The translations under genes were made by a program, and so were the position numbers. A stretch of DNA of 63,192 nucleotides, the filler included, from Nemertoderma westbladi (lineage: Eukaryota > Animalia > Xenacoelomorpha), in the NCBI GenBank assembly GCA_032718475.1. It is 3 parts of 3 records of this genome, joined end to end, with 100 filler letters (N's around TTAATTAATTAA, not from the genome) between each part and the next. Parts side by side here need not be neighbours in the genome. Positions count along the whole stretch, not along the records: positions 1 to 26,589 come from JAUCBJ010000131.1; positions 26,690 to 55,318 come from JAUCBJ010008977.1; 1 more part is not named here. One strand, written 5' to 3'. The first letter of the stretch is position 1. Each line of letters opens with the position of its first letter. Of the stretch, positions 26,221-38,165 are shown piece by piece. Below the pieces are notes generated by a model, which made no database searches, was not told the DNA's origin, and saw only the letters and a list, made by a program, of their open reading frames with translations.

Positions 26221-26589
26221 TTAACAAAACCCCCTTGGGCCCAAACTCACAAAAAGTGGCCAAAAACGTTTCCCAAACGATTCGACTTAATTTTAGAATG
26301 ATATTTTTTTTGGAACCTAGTAAAGTTATATATATTTTTGAAGATAATTTTATGGTCCAACAGATACACAAAAAATCATGCTGCCACTACGACTTTGAAA
26401 GATTTTACAGACCTTTTAGTACTAAAAAATGCAGGATTTTCAATTGTCCAAAAAAGTTCATTGCATTGTGGGGGATGTATTTTGACATCTACTGGGTGTA
26501 TTTCAACAAGTTATAGCTCATTTTAAAGCTAAATAATCGAAACTATCGCCTCTCGAATGAAGAGCGGGAATCGTATGGACTTAGACCGC

Positions 26590-26689
26590 NNNNNNNNNNN
26601 NNNNNNNNNNNNNNNNNNNNNNNNNNNNNNNNNTTAATTAATTAANNNNNNNNNNNNNNNNNNNNNNNNNNNNNNNNNNNNNNNNNNNN
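26590..26689. other. Assembly gap with artificial six-frame-stop linker
   Basis: N44-TTAATTAATTAA-N44. Confidence 0.97.
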
Positions 26690-27599
26690 AGGATAAGCTG
26701 CAATGAAGTGATCCCCACCACATAGGGATCCTCGGATATAAGGATTACAGGATTACAACTTCCGAACTTGAAGTTTAGAACTGCAGTAGGCCTATAATGC
26801 AGGCAGATTGTCTCATGCGTTTACTAAAATCCTGAGGTTATTAGCCAAATGGGTGAATGTGGATTGGTTAGGCCTACTGAAAGAACATGAGAAAACAAAA
26901 ATGCTAGGCCTAGTACAATCACAGTATTAGGCTCACTAAAAATTAACAAATAATAAATGAAATACTGAAATAGGTCTAAATTTAGTTATACAACAACCGT
27001 CAGACCATACCTGCTGCCTGCATACAGCCGTACCAAACCTGATAACATGCAGACAAGCCTAGAATACAAGTGAAATGTATAGTAGGCAGGTATGCCTACT
27101 GTCAGACTGTAGTAAGGCCTGTGAAAGTACGGGCGGTGGTACGCTACTGCTGTACTGCAGTACTGCAGCAGGCGTCCCAGTGGAGGGGCAGACCGGTATA
27201 TGAAATCCAACACTACCGGTAATTGCTACACAGCCAGCTGTGAGTTCATTATTCTTGCCCAAGGCGCCTTGTCCCTGCCTCACACTACAAAAAGTGTTGC
27301 CGTCGCTAGGATACAAATTATCTGTTATTGGTTAGAGCTGTACCATTGGTTGGCTTTGGTTGTGTTTGATGTAGGCCATCATGTTATGATATTCAAATGG
27401 ATTGATGGAGGGAATTTCAAAATGGTCAAATAATACAACAATAATGAAATTTTTAATATGATGTGCAAGTATAAAATTCGCTGTAACTCTGGTGCAACAC
27501 GACCGTATTCGATGAAATTTTCATTGTTACGTACGGTAATTAATGCGTTTACAATTGCTATACTCAATATATTTATAATCGGTATGATTTTTAAACTAT

Positions 27600-29200
27600 A
27601 AGAGTTTAAGAGCCGGGAATTGCCAAATTGTGGCTACGTAGGCCAGATTTGACCACAAAATTGACCAGGTTCGTGCAACTCTTGAAAATTTTGGAATATG
27701 TCAATTTTGTTCTACTATCATGTTCTATAAATGACCAAAGTTAAAAAAAATATAATTCCTAGGAAGTTGTTTTATTTTTGATAAATATGTAATTTTATGG
27801 TGAAAATTGGTTAATTTCGTTAAAAATCAGTGAAAATTTGACGGTTTGGAGTAAAATTGGGTGGGTTGGGCCAACTCATATAAATTGTTGCCAGTGTTAT
27901 TTTTCTTATCCTAAAACGTTCTTTAATTGAGCACAGTTTTAGAAAATATAATTCCTAGGAAGTTCTTAAACTAAAGCTCAGACTTTCAAAAATACGGTCA
28001 TTTAACGGACTTTTTTTATTTGTCTGTCATACCTACACACAACGTTGAAATCGAAAATGGCATGCATATTCGGATTCAGCACACCAAAATGTACCTATAT
28101 AGTATATTTTGAGGTAATCTGAAGCTAAAATAAAAAAAATGAAAAAATGAAAAAAAATTTCGCCAAAATTTGCCAAACTTCCAAAAATACTTAACTTGCT
28201 CAGATTTTCATGAAATTTGGTACGGATGTGCCCAAAGCAATTCTAAGAAACTAATTTGAAGGATTTACGGAAAAATGCAATTTAAGCCGATATATCGCAT
28301 TTTGAGTGCCTAATTTTAGGGTAAATTTCAAGAAAATACAGATTTCCTAAGTTTGGCCCTTATTTACTACAAGAAGCAAAAACTTTTTGTATTAAGATTA
28401 AATGGATAAAATGTAGAGCTATCTTATCCATCTGTGATGTTAAAGTTTCAGAAAAATATAAGCAGACAATTCGGAGAAAACCACTTTCTACCAAAACCTA
28501 TTTTGTCAACTTCCAAAATTACCATTTTTCGGCCCCAATTTCCGGCCCTTAATATTCAGGCAACGCACAATATCAATAACAGTAATGGAACTCCCATCTT
28601 CCCTCTATATAACGCAAGTGGAACGGTTTCCTTCTAATTAAAAGATACAGAGTTATAACGATTTAAAAATTGTCAAAAATATCCAAATTTGGCCCAAAAT
28701 TGGCCAAAAGTTAAATTATTGGCATACTGTTAAATATTTTTGGCCAATATTTTGACCCGATGAACAACTGTATTGGATATGTATTCGGTATGAGTTTCAA
28801 TCGAAATGGCCAAGCTGCTTTGGTGATAGCGAGAAAACAATGTAAAAATTTACCAATTTGATAATTTTTGGGTAAAATTAAAATGTGGCCAAAATGGCCA
28901 AATTTGGCTAAACGAAATTTTTTAATGAAACTTGCAAATTTATCCGCGCACAAAGTCTCCGGAGAACGTTTGAAGATTTCAGTCGCCTTCACTCCGAATT
29001 TAATCATTTAGTGCTAGAAGTTTCCAAATTGGGGCAAAAATCCACATTTGGTGGCCAATTTGGAAATGTTGGGAAACTAAATTGAAAAAACAAAACCGTA
29101 CAAAATTCTTAGAATAACAAAAACTACAAACGTGGCAAATTTCAGAGAATATAATTCCTAGGAAGTTGTAAAACGCCCCGAGTAAGCTCCACTTTCTATA
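27600..29200. repeat. AT-rich repeat-like region, probably non-coding DNA transposon interior
   Basis: aatataattcctaggaagtt occurs three times (~27749, 27945, 29148); many TTTGGCCAAA-type motifs; termini not defined. Confidence 0.35.
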
Positions 29201-29817
29201 TACTAATGTTGGAACGCCTACGCCCGGTGTGGGAGAATCCTCACGAAGGATCCTCCCACGTTGTGTTGTTTTTAGGTTTACATAAGAACCGCATATCCGA
29301 CTAGAATGTTTAATATACAGCTCGTCGCCTATTTACCGAGTGAACGCAGTGAGCGTTGATTGGTCAATAAAATAGATATTTAATTATTAGTAACATTAAT
29401 TATGGAAAGACAGGAAGAAATATTCCTTAATTAAAGTAAAAGTCTTATAAAAGGAATCAATCCCGTTAATATAGTAGAACTACTTACTGTACTGATGATA
29501 TAATATCCACTACTCTGATGGTCTTTTATATTATTCAATGGCAACACGTAAAAAATAATTAAAATTGGTTACTTTTATAATTTATTAAATTAATAAATAA
29601 GTTACATTACGTAAAATACCAGATAAAATTTTCACAGATTTGTTGCGTTTTGAAATAAAGTTTGTAGTAGATAAATTATTACAGGTTATTTATCTTGAGC
29701 GAAACATGAATCCAATCAGCATATGATGACTAGATACAAATATAGTTTCGTTATCTTGGCCTTCTCAGTAAGGTAAGTATTTCCGCTTCTACGTATTGTT
29801 TCAATTTCAGTAACAAG

Positions 29818-30072
29818 TTAGGTAACTTTTATTTTAATTTCAATGCTTTCAAATGGACCTATTTCCTTTTCCTTCGAGGGTTTCTCAGGATTTAGCCCCA
29901 TTTCCTTTTCCTTGTAGGGTTTCCAATAAGTTTTTCCCCACGTTCCAGTTAAATCCGCCCCTGGCTCGCAATACCAGTACATCCTAAACCTGCGATCGTA
30001 CCACCATGGTCCATTTTCACTACATACTTGAAACTGGTCGACCACACTCCTATCCGCAAAGAAATAGAACAT
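29818..30072 (-). other. Trp/Tyr-rich 84 aa ORF or exon in repeat X (copies at 33615-33869 and 43676-43930)
   Basis: Open in all three copies; more GC-rich than flanks; no family recognised. Confidence 0.3.
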
Positions 30073-30335
30073 TTTATTTATACCTTTATTATATTAATTA
30101 AATGAATATTTAGTGAATTTATTTTTCTCACATCTATTCGGACCTATTATTATTGGGTTAATTTAATTGCCACACAATGTAAGTAATTTAAGTATTCTCT
30201 ATTAAAAATAAAAACATGACTACTAAGGAAAAACACAGTAATCTTTTGTTGTAAAAAAAGTGCATAATGTTTTGTTTTTGTAGATATCACCGCGACAACC
30301 ATAGAACAGTTTCAGGTCCACAGGCCCTGTAAAGT

Positions 30336-31257
30336 TGTACGCGCTTTTGAAGACCTTTAGCAGTTTAACCCGCCAAAATTTATATGTCTTTTGGTTTATA
30401 AATAGACTTTAGAAGTTGACATATATTTAATACCAATAAACACAACATTAGCAGAAGCCAGCCTAGTGCGCGTCCATTCACCCGCTGGATATACCCGGGA
30501 GACTGGATTCTGAGGGCTTAGATTATTATTGCAGTGTAAGCTTACTGTATTATTCGATTGATCGTTAATAAATAATTTCTGACTAATATTATTCACTTTC
30601 GGGAAATATTAACAGTTCCTTTAGGACGTGGCGCTCTATCTAGGTAAACAGAGATATGACTTATACTAATCACAACGGTAAATCGGTAAGGCTTATGATT
30701 CACGTATGAGGCGCATTCTTTAGGAAATGCTTAGTTATCAATCACAATCAGGCACACTACCGGTAACACACAATACTGCTCACTATTTTGCCGACCGTCA
30801 ATGAATTTTATCATATATAAAGAGAACAGCAACGGACTCATGTAGTGCTTATCAAATAGCATTAAATTCACTACAAACCACAATAATATAAGTCGCAATC
30901 GCTATATATAACCCGTCTCTCTAACCTGTAGTGTATCAAGAAAATTGGGAAATTTGGGTTCTTTATAAATATTCTCCAAATAATATTCAACCAAACAACA
31001 GTAAATAGCAGTATAATAATGTATGTTGAACCGATAATGTAAGACTGAATTGAGATAAGTTGATATGTTATGCACTGATAACAGTTATACGCTCTATAAT
31101 TTAAGCCTACTAATGTTTCTTCTAAAGTATGAAAACGAGTTGACTCTAGAGCCGGTGTTCCTGGCCTAGATAGAAACAACACAACAGTATCAAGAAAAAA
31201 CAGTAAGACTGAACACTCCTAGCACGATCGGCCGAAAGCTCCACATCGACAGAAAAA
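30336..31257 (-). mobile_element. 5'-truncated LTR (3' end intact)
   Basis: tgtacgcgcttttgaagacc at 30336; reverse complement of 56362-57232; homology to the 5489-6722 LTR ends at 31257. Confidence 0.9.
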
Positions 31258-32066
31258 CGGAATGTAAGGAGCATGAGGCGAGAGAGGAAAAGGAACGCAA
31301 GGAGCGTGGGGCAAGACGGCGGGAGGAAGTTAGGAGAGTGGCAGAGTTGGCCAAACAGAGCGAACGGGAGTGTAGGGAGAGAATAGCAAAGGAGGAGTGT
31401 GAGCGAAAAGAATTAAAGAGACGCCAAAGTGAGCTTGCGGAGCATAGGATTAGGCGCACGCGCGAGCTGCGACTGGTGCGGGCGGGGGCGTCTGAGAGCG
31501 GGACTGGCTCGAGTATTTTAGGGGAGCCAGGGGCCGTGGATACATTTATTAATACCCCACTTACAGGGACCGCACGACAGACCCAAAACTGGTGTGACCG
31601 TACGGGCGGGGGGGGTAATAATGATAATGGTACAGTAGACGTGGTTAATATTAATAGTACCGTATGGGACAATTCTAACCAAACCTTCATTGCAGCAAAT
31701 AATACTTTACCTAGTAGCGGTAATTTAAATTTAAATACAAATAATAATTTCAATTTGAACGTGCAAAATAATCCGAATAGTAATTTAGATTTAGAGAATA
31801 ATAATAATTCAAATAATTTAAATAATGATCTAAGCCCGAATTTACAAAATAATTCAAATGATTTTGTTTCAAACGAACAAATTAATTCCGTTTCCGATAT
31901 GGGTGTTATTAACGTAAACACGTCGGGCGTGTATAGCCAGACAGACGGGGGCCTGGTAGGTCGTACAGTTGGCGGGCCGGAAGTAGCTGGGTTAGATAGA
32001 CCCAGCGAGGGCCTGGTAGGCCACGTAGTTGGTAGGCAGGAAGTAGCTGGATTAGGTAGACCCAGC
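31258..32066 (+). pseudogene. Duplicated BEL/Pao gag fragment cut off by the 84 bp satellite
   Basis: Nearly identical to 35055-35863. Confidence 0.85.
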
Positions 32067-33116
32067 AGTTAGTAGTTATATGTACCTAGAATGTTTAATT
32101 TACATATCCGAAACACCAACAAAGTAAACTAACTTTAATGACTGGACTGCAGTTAGTAGTTATATGTACCTAGAATGTTTAATTTACATATCCGAAACAC
32201 CAACAAAGTAAACTAACTTTAATGACTGGACTGCAGTTAGTAGTTATATGTACCTAGGATGTTTAATTTACATATCCGAAACACCAACAAAGTAAACTAA
32301 CTTTAATGACTGGACTGCAGTTAGTAGTTATATGTACCTAGGATGTTTAATTTACATATCCGAAACACCAACAAAGTAAACTAACTTTAATGACTGGACT
32401 GCAGTTAGTAGTTATATGTACCTAGAATGTTTAATATACATATCCGAAACACCAACAAAGTAAACTAACTTTAATGACTGGACTGCAGTTAGTAGTTATA
32501 TGTACCTAGGATGTTTAATTTACATATCCGAAACACCAACAAAGTAAACTAACTTTAATGACTGGACTGCAGTTAGTAGTTATATGTACCTAGGATGTTT
32601 AATTTACATATCCGAAACACCAACAAAGTAAACTAACTTTAATGACTGGACTGCAGTTAGTAGTTATATGTACCTAGAATGTTTAATATACATATCCGAA
32701 ACACCAACAAAGTAAACTAACTTTAATGACTGGACTGCAGTTAGTAGTTATATGTACCTAGAATGTTTAATTTACATATCCGAAACACCAACAAAGTAAA
32801 CTAACTTTAATGACTGGACTGCAGTTAGTAGTTATATGTACCTAGGATGTTTAATTTACATATCCGAAACACCAACAAAGTAAACTAACTTTAATGACTG
32901 GACTGCAGTTAGTAGTTATATGTACCTAGAATGTTTAATTTACATATCCGAAACACCAACAAAGTAAACTAACTTTAATGACTGGACTGCAGTTAGTAGT
33001 TATATGTACCTAGAATGTTTAATTTACATATCCGAAACACCAACAAAGTAAACTAACTTTAATGACTGGACTGCAGTTAGTAGTTAGTTATATGTACCTA
33101 GAATGTTTAATATACA
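32067..33116. repeat. 84 bp tandem satellite, 12 full units plus a partial
   Basis: agttagtagttatatgtacctagaatg...actggactgc recurs at 32067, 32151, 32235 ... 33075. Confidence 0.97.
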
Positions 33117-34132
33117 GCTCGTCGCCTATTTACCGAGTGAACGCAGTGAGCGTTGATTGGTCAATAAAATAGATATTTAATTATTAGTAACATTAATTAT
33201 GGAAAGACAGGAAGAAATATTCCTTAATTAAAGTAAAAGTCTTATAAAAGGAATCAATCCCGTTAATATAGTAGAACTACTTACTGTACTGATGATATAA
33301 TATCCACTACTCTGATGGTCTTTTATATTATTCAATGGCAACACGTAAAAAATAATTAAAATTGGTTACTTTTATAATTTATTAAATTAATAAATAAGTT
33401 ACATTACGTAAAATACCAGATAAAATTTTCACAGATTTGTTGCGTTTTGAAATAAAGTTTGTAGTAGATAAATTATTACAGGTTATTTATCTTGAGCGAA
33501 ACATGAATCCAATCAGCATATGATGACTAGATACAAATATAGTTTCGTTATCTTGGCCTTCTCAGTAAGGTAAGTATTTCCGCTTCTACGTATTGTTTCA
33601 ATTTCAGTAACAAGTTAGGTAACTTTTATTTTAATTTCAATGCTTTCAAATGGACCTATTTCCTTTTCCTTCGAGGGTTTCTCAGGATTTAGCCCCATTT
33701 CCTTTTCCTTGTAGGGTTTCCAATAAGTTTTTCCCCACGTTCCAGTTAAATCCGCCCCTGGCTCGCAATACCAGTACATCCTAAACCTGCGATCGTACCA
33801 CCATGGTCCATTTTCACTACATACTTGAAACTGGTCGACCACACTCCTATCCGCAAAGAAATAGAACATTTTATTTATACCTTTATTATATTAATTAAAT
33901 GAATATTTAGTGAATTTATTTTTCTCACATCTATTCGGACCTATTATTATTGGGTTAATTTAATTGCCACACAATGTAAGTAATTTAAGTATTCTCTATT
34001 AAAAATAAAAACATGACTACTAAGGAAAAACACAGTAATCTTTTGTTGTAAAAAAAGTGCATAATGTTTTGTTTTTGTAGATATCACCGCGACAACCATA
34101 GAACAGTTTCAGGTCCACAGGCCCTGTAAAGT

Positions 34133-35054
34133 TGTACGCGCTTTTGAAGACCTTTAGCAGTTTAACCCGCCAAAATTTATATGTCTTTTGGTTTATAAAT
34201 AGACTTTAGAAGTTGACATATATTTAATACCAATAAACACAACATTAGCAAAAGCCAGCCTAGTGCGCGTCCATTCACCCGCTGGATATACCCGGGAGAC
34301 TGGATTCTGAGGGCTTAGATTATTATTGCAGTGTAAGCTTACTGTATTATTCGATTGATCGTTAATAAATAATTTCTGACTAATATTATTCACTTTCGGG
34401 AAATATTAACAGTTCCTTTAGGACGTGGCGCTCTATCTAGGTAAACAGAGATATGACTTATACTAATCACAACGGTAAATCGGTAAGGCTTATGATTCAC
34501 GTATGAGGCGCATTCTTTAGGAAATGCTTAGTTATCAATCACAATCAGGCACACTACCGGTAACACACAATACTGCTCACTATTTTGCCGACCGTCAATG
34601 AATTTTATCATATATAAAGAGAACAGCAACGGACTCATGTAGTGCTTATCAAATAGCATTAAATTCACTACAAACCACAATAATATAAGTCGCAATCGCT
34701 ATATATAACCCGTCTCTCTAACCTGTAGTGTATCAAGAAAATTGGGAAATTTGGGTTCTTTATAAATATTCTCCAAATAATATTCAACCAAACAACAGTA
34801 AATAGCAGTATAATAATGTATGTTGAACCGATAATGTAAGACTGAATTGAGATAAGTTGATATGTTATGCACTGATAACAGTTATACGCTCTATAATTTA
34901 AGCCTACTAATGTTTCTTCTAAAGTATGAAAACGAGTTGACTCTAGAGCCGGTGTTCCTGGCCTAGATAGAAACAACACAACAGTATCAAGAAAAAACAG
35001 TAAGACTGAACACTCCTAGCACGATCGGCCGAAAGCTCCACATCGACAGAAAAA
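34133..35054 (-). mobile_element. 5'-truncated LTR, second copy
   Basis: Same as 30336-31257 at offset 3797. Confidence 0.9.
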
Positions 35055-35134
35055 CGGAATGTAAGGAGCATGAGGCGAGAGAGGAAAAGGAACGCAAGGA
35101 GCGTGGGGCAAGACGGCGGGAGGAAGTTAGGAGA

Positions 35135-36976
35135 GTGGCAGAGTTGGCCAAACAGAGCGAACGGGAGTGTAGGGAGAGAATAGCAAAGGAGGAGTGTGAG
35201 CGAAAAGAATTAAAGAGATGCCAAAGTGAGCTTGCGGAGCATAGGATTAGGCGCACGCGCGAGCTGCGACTGGTGCGGGCGGGGGCGTCTGAGAGCGGGA
35301 CTGGCTCGAGTATTTTAGGGGAGCCAGGGGCCGTGGATACATTTATTAATACCCCACTTACAGGGACCGCACGACAGACCCAAAACTGGTGTGACCGTAC
35401 GGGCGGGGGGGGTAATAATGATAATGGTACAGTAGACGTGGTTAATATTAATAGTACCGTATGGGACAATTCTAACCAAACCTTCATTGCAGCAAATAAT
35501 ACTTTACCTAGTAGCGGTAATTTAAATTTAAATACAAATAATAATTTCAATTTGAACGTGCAAAATAATCCGAATAGTAATTTAGATTTAGAGAATAATA
35601 ATAATTCAAATAATTTAAATAATGATCTAAGCCCGAATTTACAAAATAATTCAAATGATTTTGTTTCAAACGAACAAATTAATTCCGTTTCCGATATGGG
35701 TGTTATTAACGTAAACACGTCGGGCGTGTATAGCCAGACAGACGGGGGCCTGGTAGGTCGTACAGTTGGCGGGCCGGAAGTAGCTGGGTTAGATAGACCC
35801 AGCGAGGGCCTGGTAGGCCACGTAGTTGGTAGGCAGGAAGTAGCTGGATTAGGTAGACCCAGCGAGGGCCTGGTAGGCCACGTAGTTGGTAGGCAGGGAG
35901 TGGCTGGGTTGAATAGACCCAGCGAGGGCCTGGTAGGCCACGTAATAGCAGAGGGAAAGGCGGGGGTGAATAGACCCGACCGCGGTAGGGTTGATGTGTC
36001 GACTAGAGAGGGATATAGTAGAGGGGTGAGAGATAGCGAAGTTAGATGTGGCGAGTGGGGGGGGGGGCTACAGGGGCCCCACAACAGCGAGTTAGCGGCG
36101 AAAGGGGGGGGGGCAGAGAGTGTCCCACAGCCATCAGCGGATAATGCGCGGGCCGAGATAGGTAAACCGCAACACCCGGCGACGGAAAGTAATAGGGGGA
36201 TTGCGAGTATCCCCAGCGGCGTGCGACCGAGCAGAGAGAGACAGGTTGACGTCGTAAGAGGGCGGACGAAGCGTCGAGCCCGATCAGAAGAGGGAAGAAG
36301 AACAGTGGGGTTTAACCGGGAGGTCGACGAGAGATCTCACGAGCGGGAATACTCCACTGAAAGGAGAAGAAGAGAAGACAGTAGTAGAGGTATCGCCGCG
36401 AACGATAGAAGAGCGAGGACGGATAGCGAGCCGTCGGTAGTTGAGATGAGAACGGAGAGTCAGTGGGGTCGGACTCCGGGAGATTGCCGTCGCCCCGGAG
36501 AGATGCGACCCGGCGAGGCGCACTACGCGCCGATGGAGGGGTACGCGATGTACCGGTACGAAGATGAGAACAGTAGAGGGGGGGGTCGAAGAGAAACTTT
36601 CCGACGGAATACACCTATCGATCGAGAATACGGTAGCCACGGGGAGGACTATTCAAGAAGAATAAACTTCGATCCCGAGCGACACATGCAGACTGTAGGA
36701 CATACTGTAGGCCTTACTGCACATACCATAGGCCATACTGAGAGAGGCAATGTAGGGGATAGGATAGCGCGGGCAACGGGATTAAACCCGGAAGTCGCGG
36801 AATACATACCGACGAGTAGGCCAGAAGTTGATAGGCCTATACCGGTACCAGTACAGCAGTATGACTACAGCATGCAGGGACATAACATATACCCAGGGGA
36901 GGGGGGAATTATTGCGGATAGGTGTATGGGCCCCAACATATTAACATACCAAACATACAAAACAAACATACATTAA
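35135..36976 (+). CDS. Gag N-terminal low-complexity region (coiled coil, Asn-rich tract, 20 aa repeats, R/G/E-rich)
   Basis: 613 aa frame directly upstream of the gag core; true start lost at the 35054 junction. Confidence 0.7.
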   Translation: MAELAKQSERECRERIAKEECERKELKRCQSELAEHRIRRTRELRLVRAGASESGTGSSILGEPGAVDTFINTPLTGTARQTQNWCDRTGGGGNNDNGTVDVVNINSTVWDNSNQTFIAANNTLPSSGNLNLNTNNNFNLNVQNNPNSNLDLENNNNSNNLNNDLSPNLQNNSNDFVSNEQINSVSDMGVINVNTSGVYSQTDGGLVGRTVGGPEVAGLDRPSEGLVGHVVGRQEVAGLGRPSEGLVGHVVGRQGVAGLNRPSEGLVGHVIAEGKAGVNRPDRGRVDVSTREGYSRGVRDSEVRCGEWGGGLQGPHNSELAAKGGGAESVPQPSADNARAEIGKPQHPATESNRGIASIPSGVRPSRERQVDVVRGRTKRRARSEEGRRTVGFNREVDERSHEREYSTERRRREDSSRGIAANDRRARTDSEPSVVEMRTESQWGRTPGDCRRPGEMRPGEAHYAPMEGYAMYRYEDENSRGGGRRETFRRNTPIDREYGSHGEDYSRRINFDPERHMQTVGHTVGLTAHTIGHTERGNVGDRIARATGLNPEVAEYIPTSRPEVDRPIPVPVQQYDYSMQGHNIYPGEGGIIADRCMGPNILTYQTYKTNIH

Positions 36977-36992
36977 CGTACCAAACATACCG

Positions 36993-38165
36993 GTGGGGGG
37001 GGGACAGGGTGACATTCCCCCATCACAATATCAACAATATACCCCGATAGGAGCAAGAACAACGAGACCATTGGATGAGAACAGGTCGTGTGATACAGAT
37101 ATATGGAGGGGGCCGCTACCCCCGATGAAATACCCAAGTCAGAGAAAGTCAAGGAATAGGACGGACGAACCGTACCAGACAGGAGAAACTACACAACATC
37201 CATCGAACCCATTGGAAGCACAGGCGATGGGGATGGCCACGTTGATCGATGCGTTGAAAACGAGGATCGAGCTACCACCCGTGGAACCATTCAAATTCGA
37301 TGGGAGCAGGCCGGAAGAATATCTACAGTTTCGGCGCATGCATAGTAACGAAATACTAACGAAAAACTTGACGCAGGCGGAGTGCCTAAAGTATCTGCAA
37401 GTATACACGGGAGGCCCAGCATACGATATCGTGAGGCAATATCAAGGAATAGAGGGCGGCTTCACGACAGCATGGCGGGCACTGGATAGGGAATACGGGC
37501 ACCCGGCCAAGATCATCAGGCAGACGCTGAGAGGCATAACATCGGGTGGCCTACAGGATAATCCCGTTAGCATTAAGACGTTCGCTAACAAAGTCGAAAA
37601 GGCGCTAATCGTGCTGAAGACGCTAGACGCGCCATATGAGCTCAATGCGTCCAATAACATCACCACGATAGCGCAGGCACTACCAAACTGGCTGCGCAAC
37701 AAGTGGAGGAAGATCGCTTTCTCCACTCGAGATAAGAAGGGTGCGGAACCGGGCTTAGAAGAAATGTCAAACTTCTTAAACTACGAGGCTGAACTAATAA
37801 CTGACCCAGTCTATAGTGAAGATAGCCTGGGAAAGGGACCGAAGACAGACTACCATAGACCGAAACCGGAGCACAATACATCAAACGCATTACCGAGACT
37901 CAGGCAATCATTGCCATATGCAGCGACGCAGGGGACTGCAAGTCCACAGCTAGCCGAAGATAAGACAACACCATGGAACGGACAGGGAAACAATAACAAC
38001 ACGAACAAACATAACCCCAGTACGTCCACTAGGCCGAATCCAAACAATAAGAATAGTAGGGACTTTGGTACGAACACAGCTGCGATACGCAATGCACTGT
38101 ATAAAGAGGGCTACGACCCAAAGAGCAAATGCAGCTACACGCAAATGCGCTTCATCAAACCATGA
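36993..38165 (+). CDS. BEL/Pao gag core (DUF1759-like)
   Basis: LPPVEPFKFDGSRPEEYLQF...LKYLQVYTGGPA...AWRALDREYGHP...LPNWLRNKW...FLNYEA...DPVY. Confidence 0.85.
   Translation: MGGGQGDIPPSQYQQYTPIGARTTRPLDENRSCDTDIWRGPLPPMKYPSQRKSRNRTDEPYQTGETTQHPSNPLEAQAMGMATLIDALKTRIELPPVEPFKFDGSRPEEYLQFRRMHSNEILTKNLTQAECLKYLQVYTGGPAYDIVRQYQGIEGGFTTAWRALDREYGHPAKIIRQTLRGITSGGLQDNPVSIKTFANKVEKALIVLKTLDAPYELNASNNITTIAQALPNWLRNKWRKIAFSTRDKKGAEPGLEEMSNFLNYEAELITDPVYSEDSLGKGPKTDYHRPKPEHNTSNALPRLRQSLPYAATQGTASPQLAEDKTTPWNGQGNNNNTNKHNPSTSTRPNPNNKNSRDFGTNTAAIRNALYKEGYDPKSKCSYTQMRFIKP

Larger units (their letters stand above)
29301..32066. repeat. Near-identical duplication of 33098-35863 (offset 3797): repeat X + inverted LTR fragment + gag fragment
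   Basis: ORFs 29818/33615, 30396/34193, 30871/34668, 31338/35135 all at the same offset with only rare substitutions. Confidence 0.95.

Noticed and set aside
26634-26645. TTAATTAATTAA palindrome (also 55363-55374)
   Set aside because: Identical, centred in N runs: artificial linker
30396-31182. Small ORFs repeated in LTR copies (MNNISQKLF..., MLFLSRPGTP...)
   Set aside because: Recurrence is explained by LTR identity; not preserved in the more diverged LTRs
32067-33116. CRISPR-like array (also 49763-52073 and 17589-17930)
   Set aside because: Units are contiguous near-identical repeats with no unique spacers, no cas genes, eukaryotic context
34987-36084. Long antisense or alternative-frame ORFs over gag, pol, LINE RT, PPM1D and the acidic ORF
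   Set aside because: Shadows of biased coding sequence with no independent motifs
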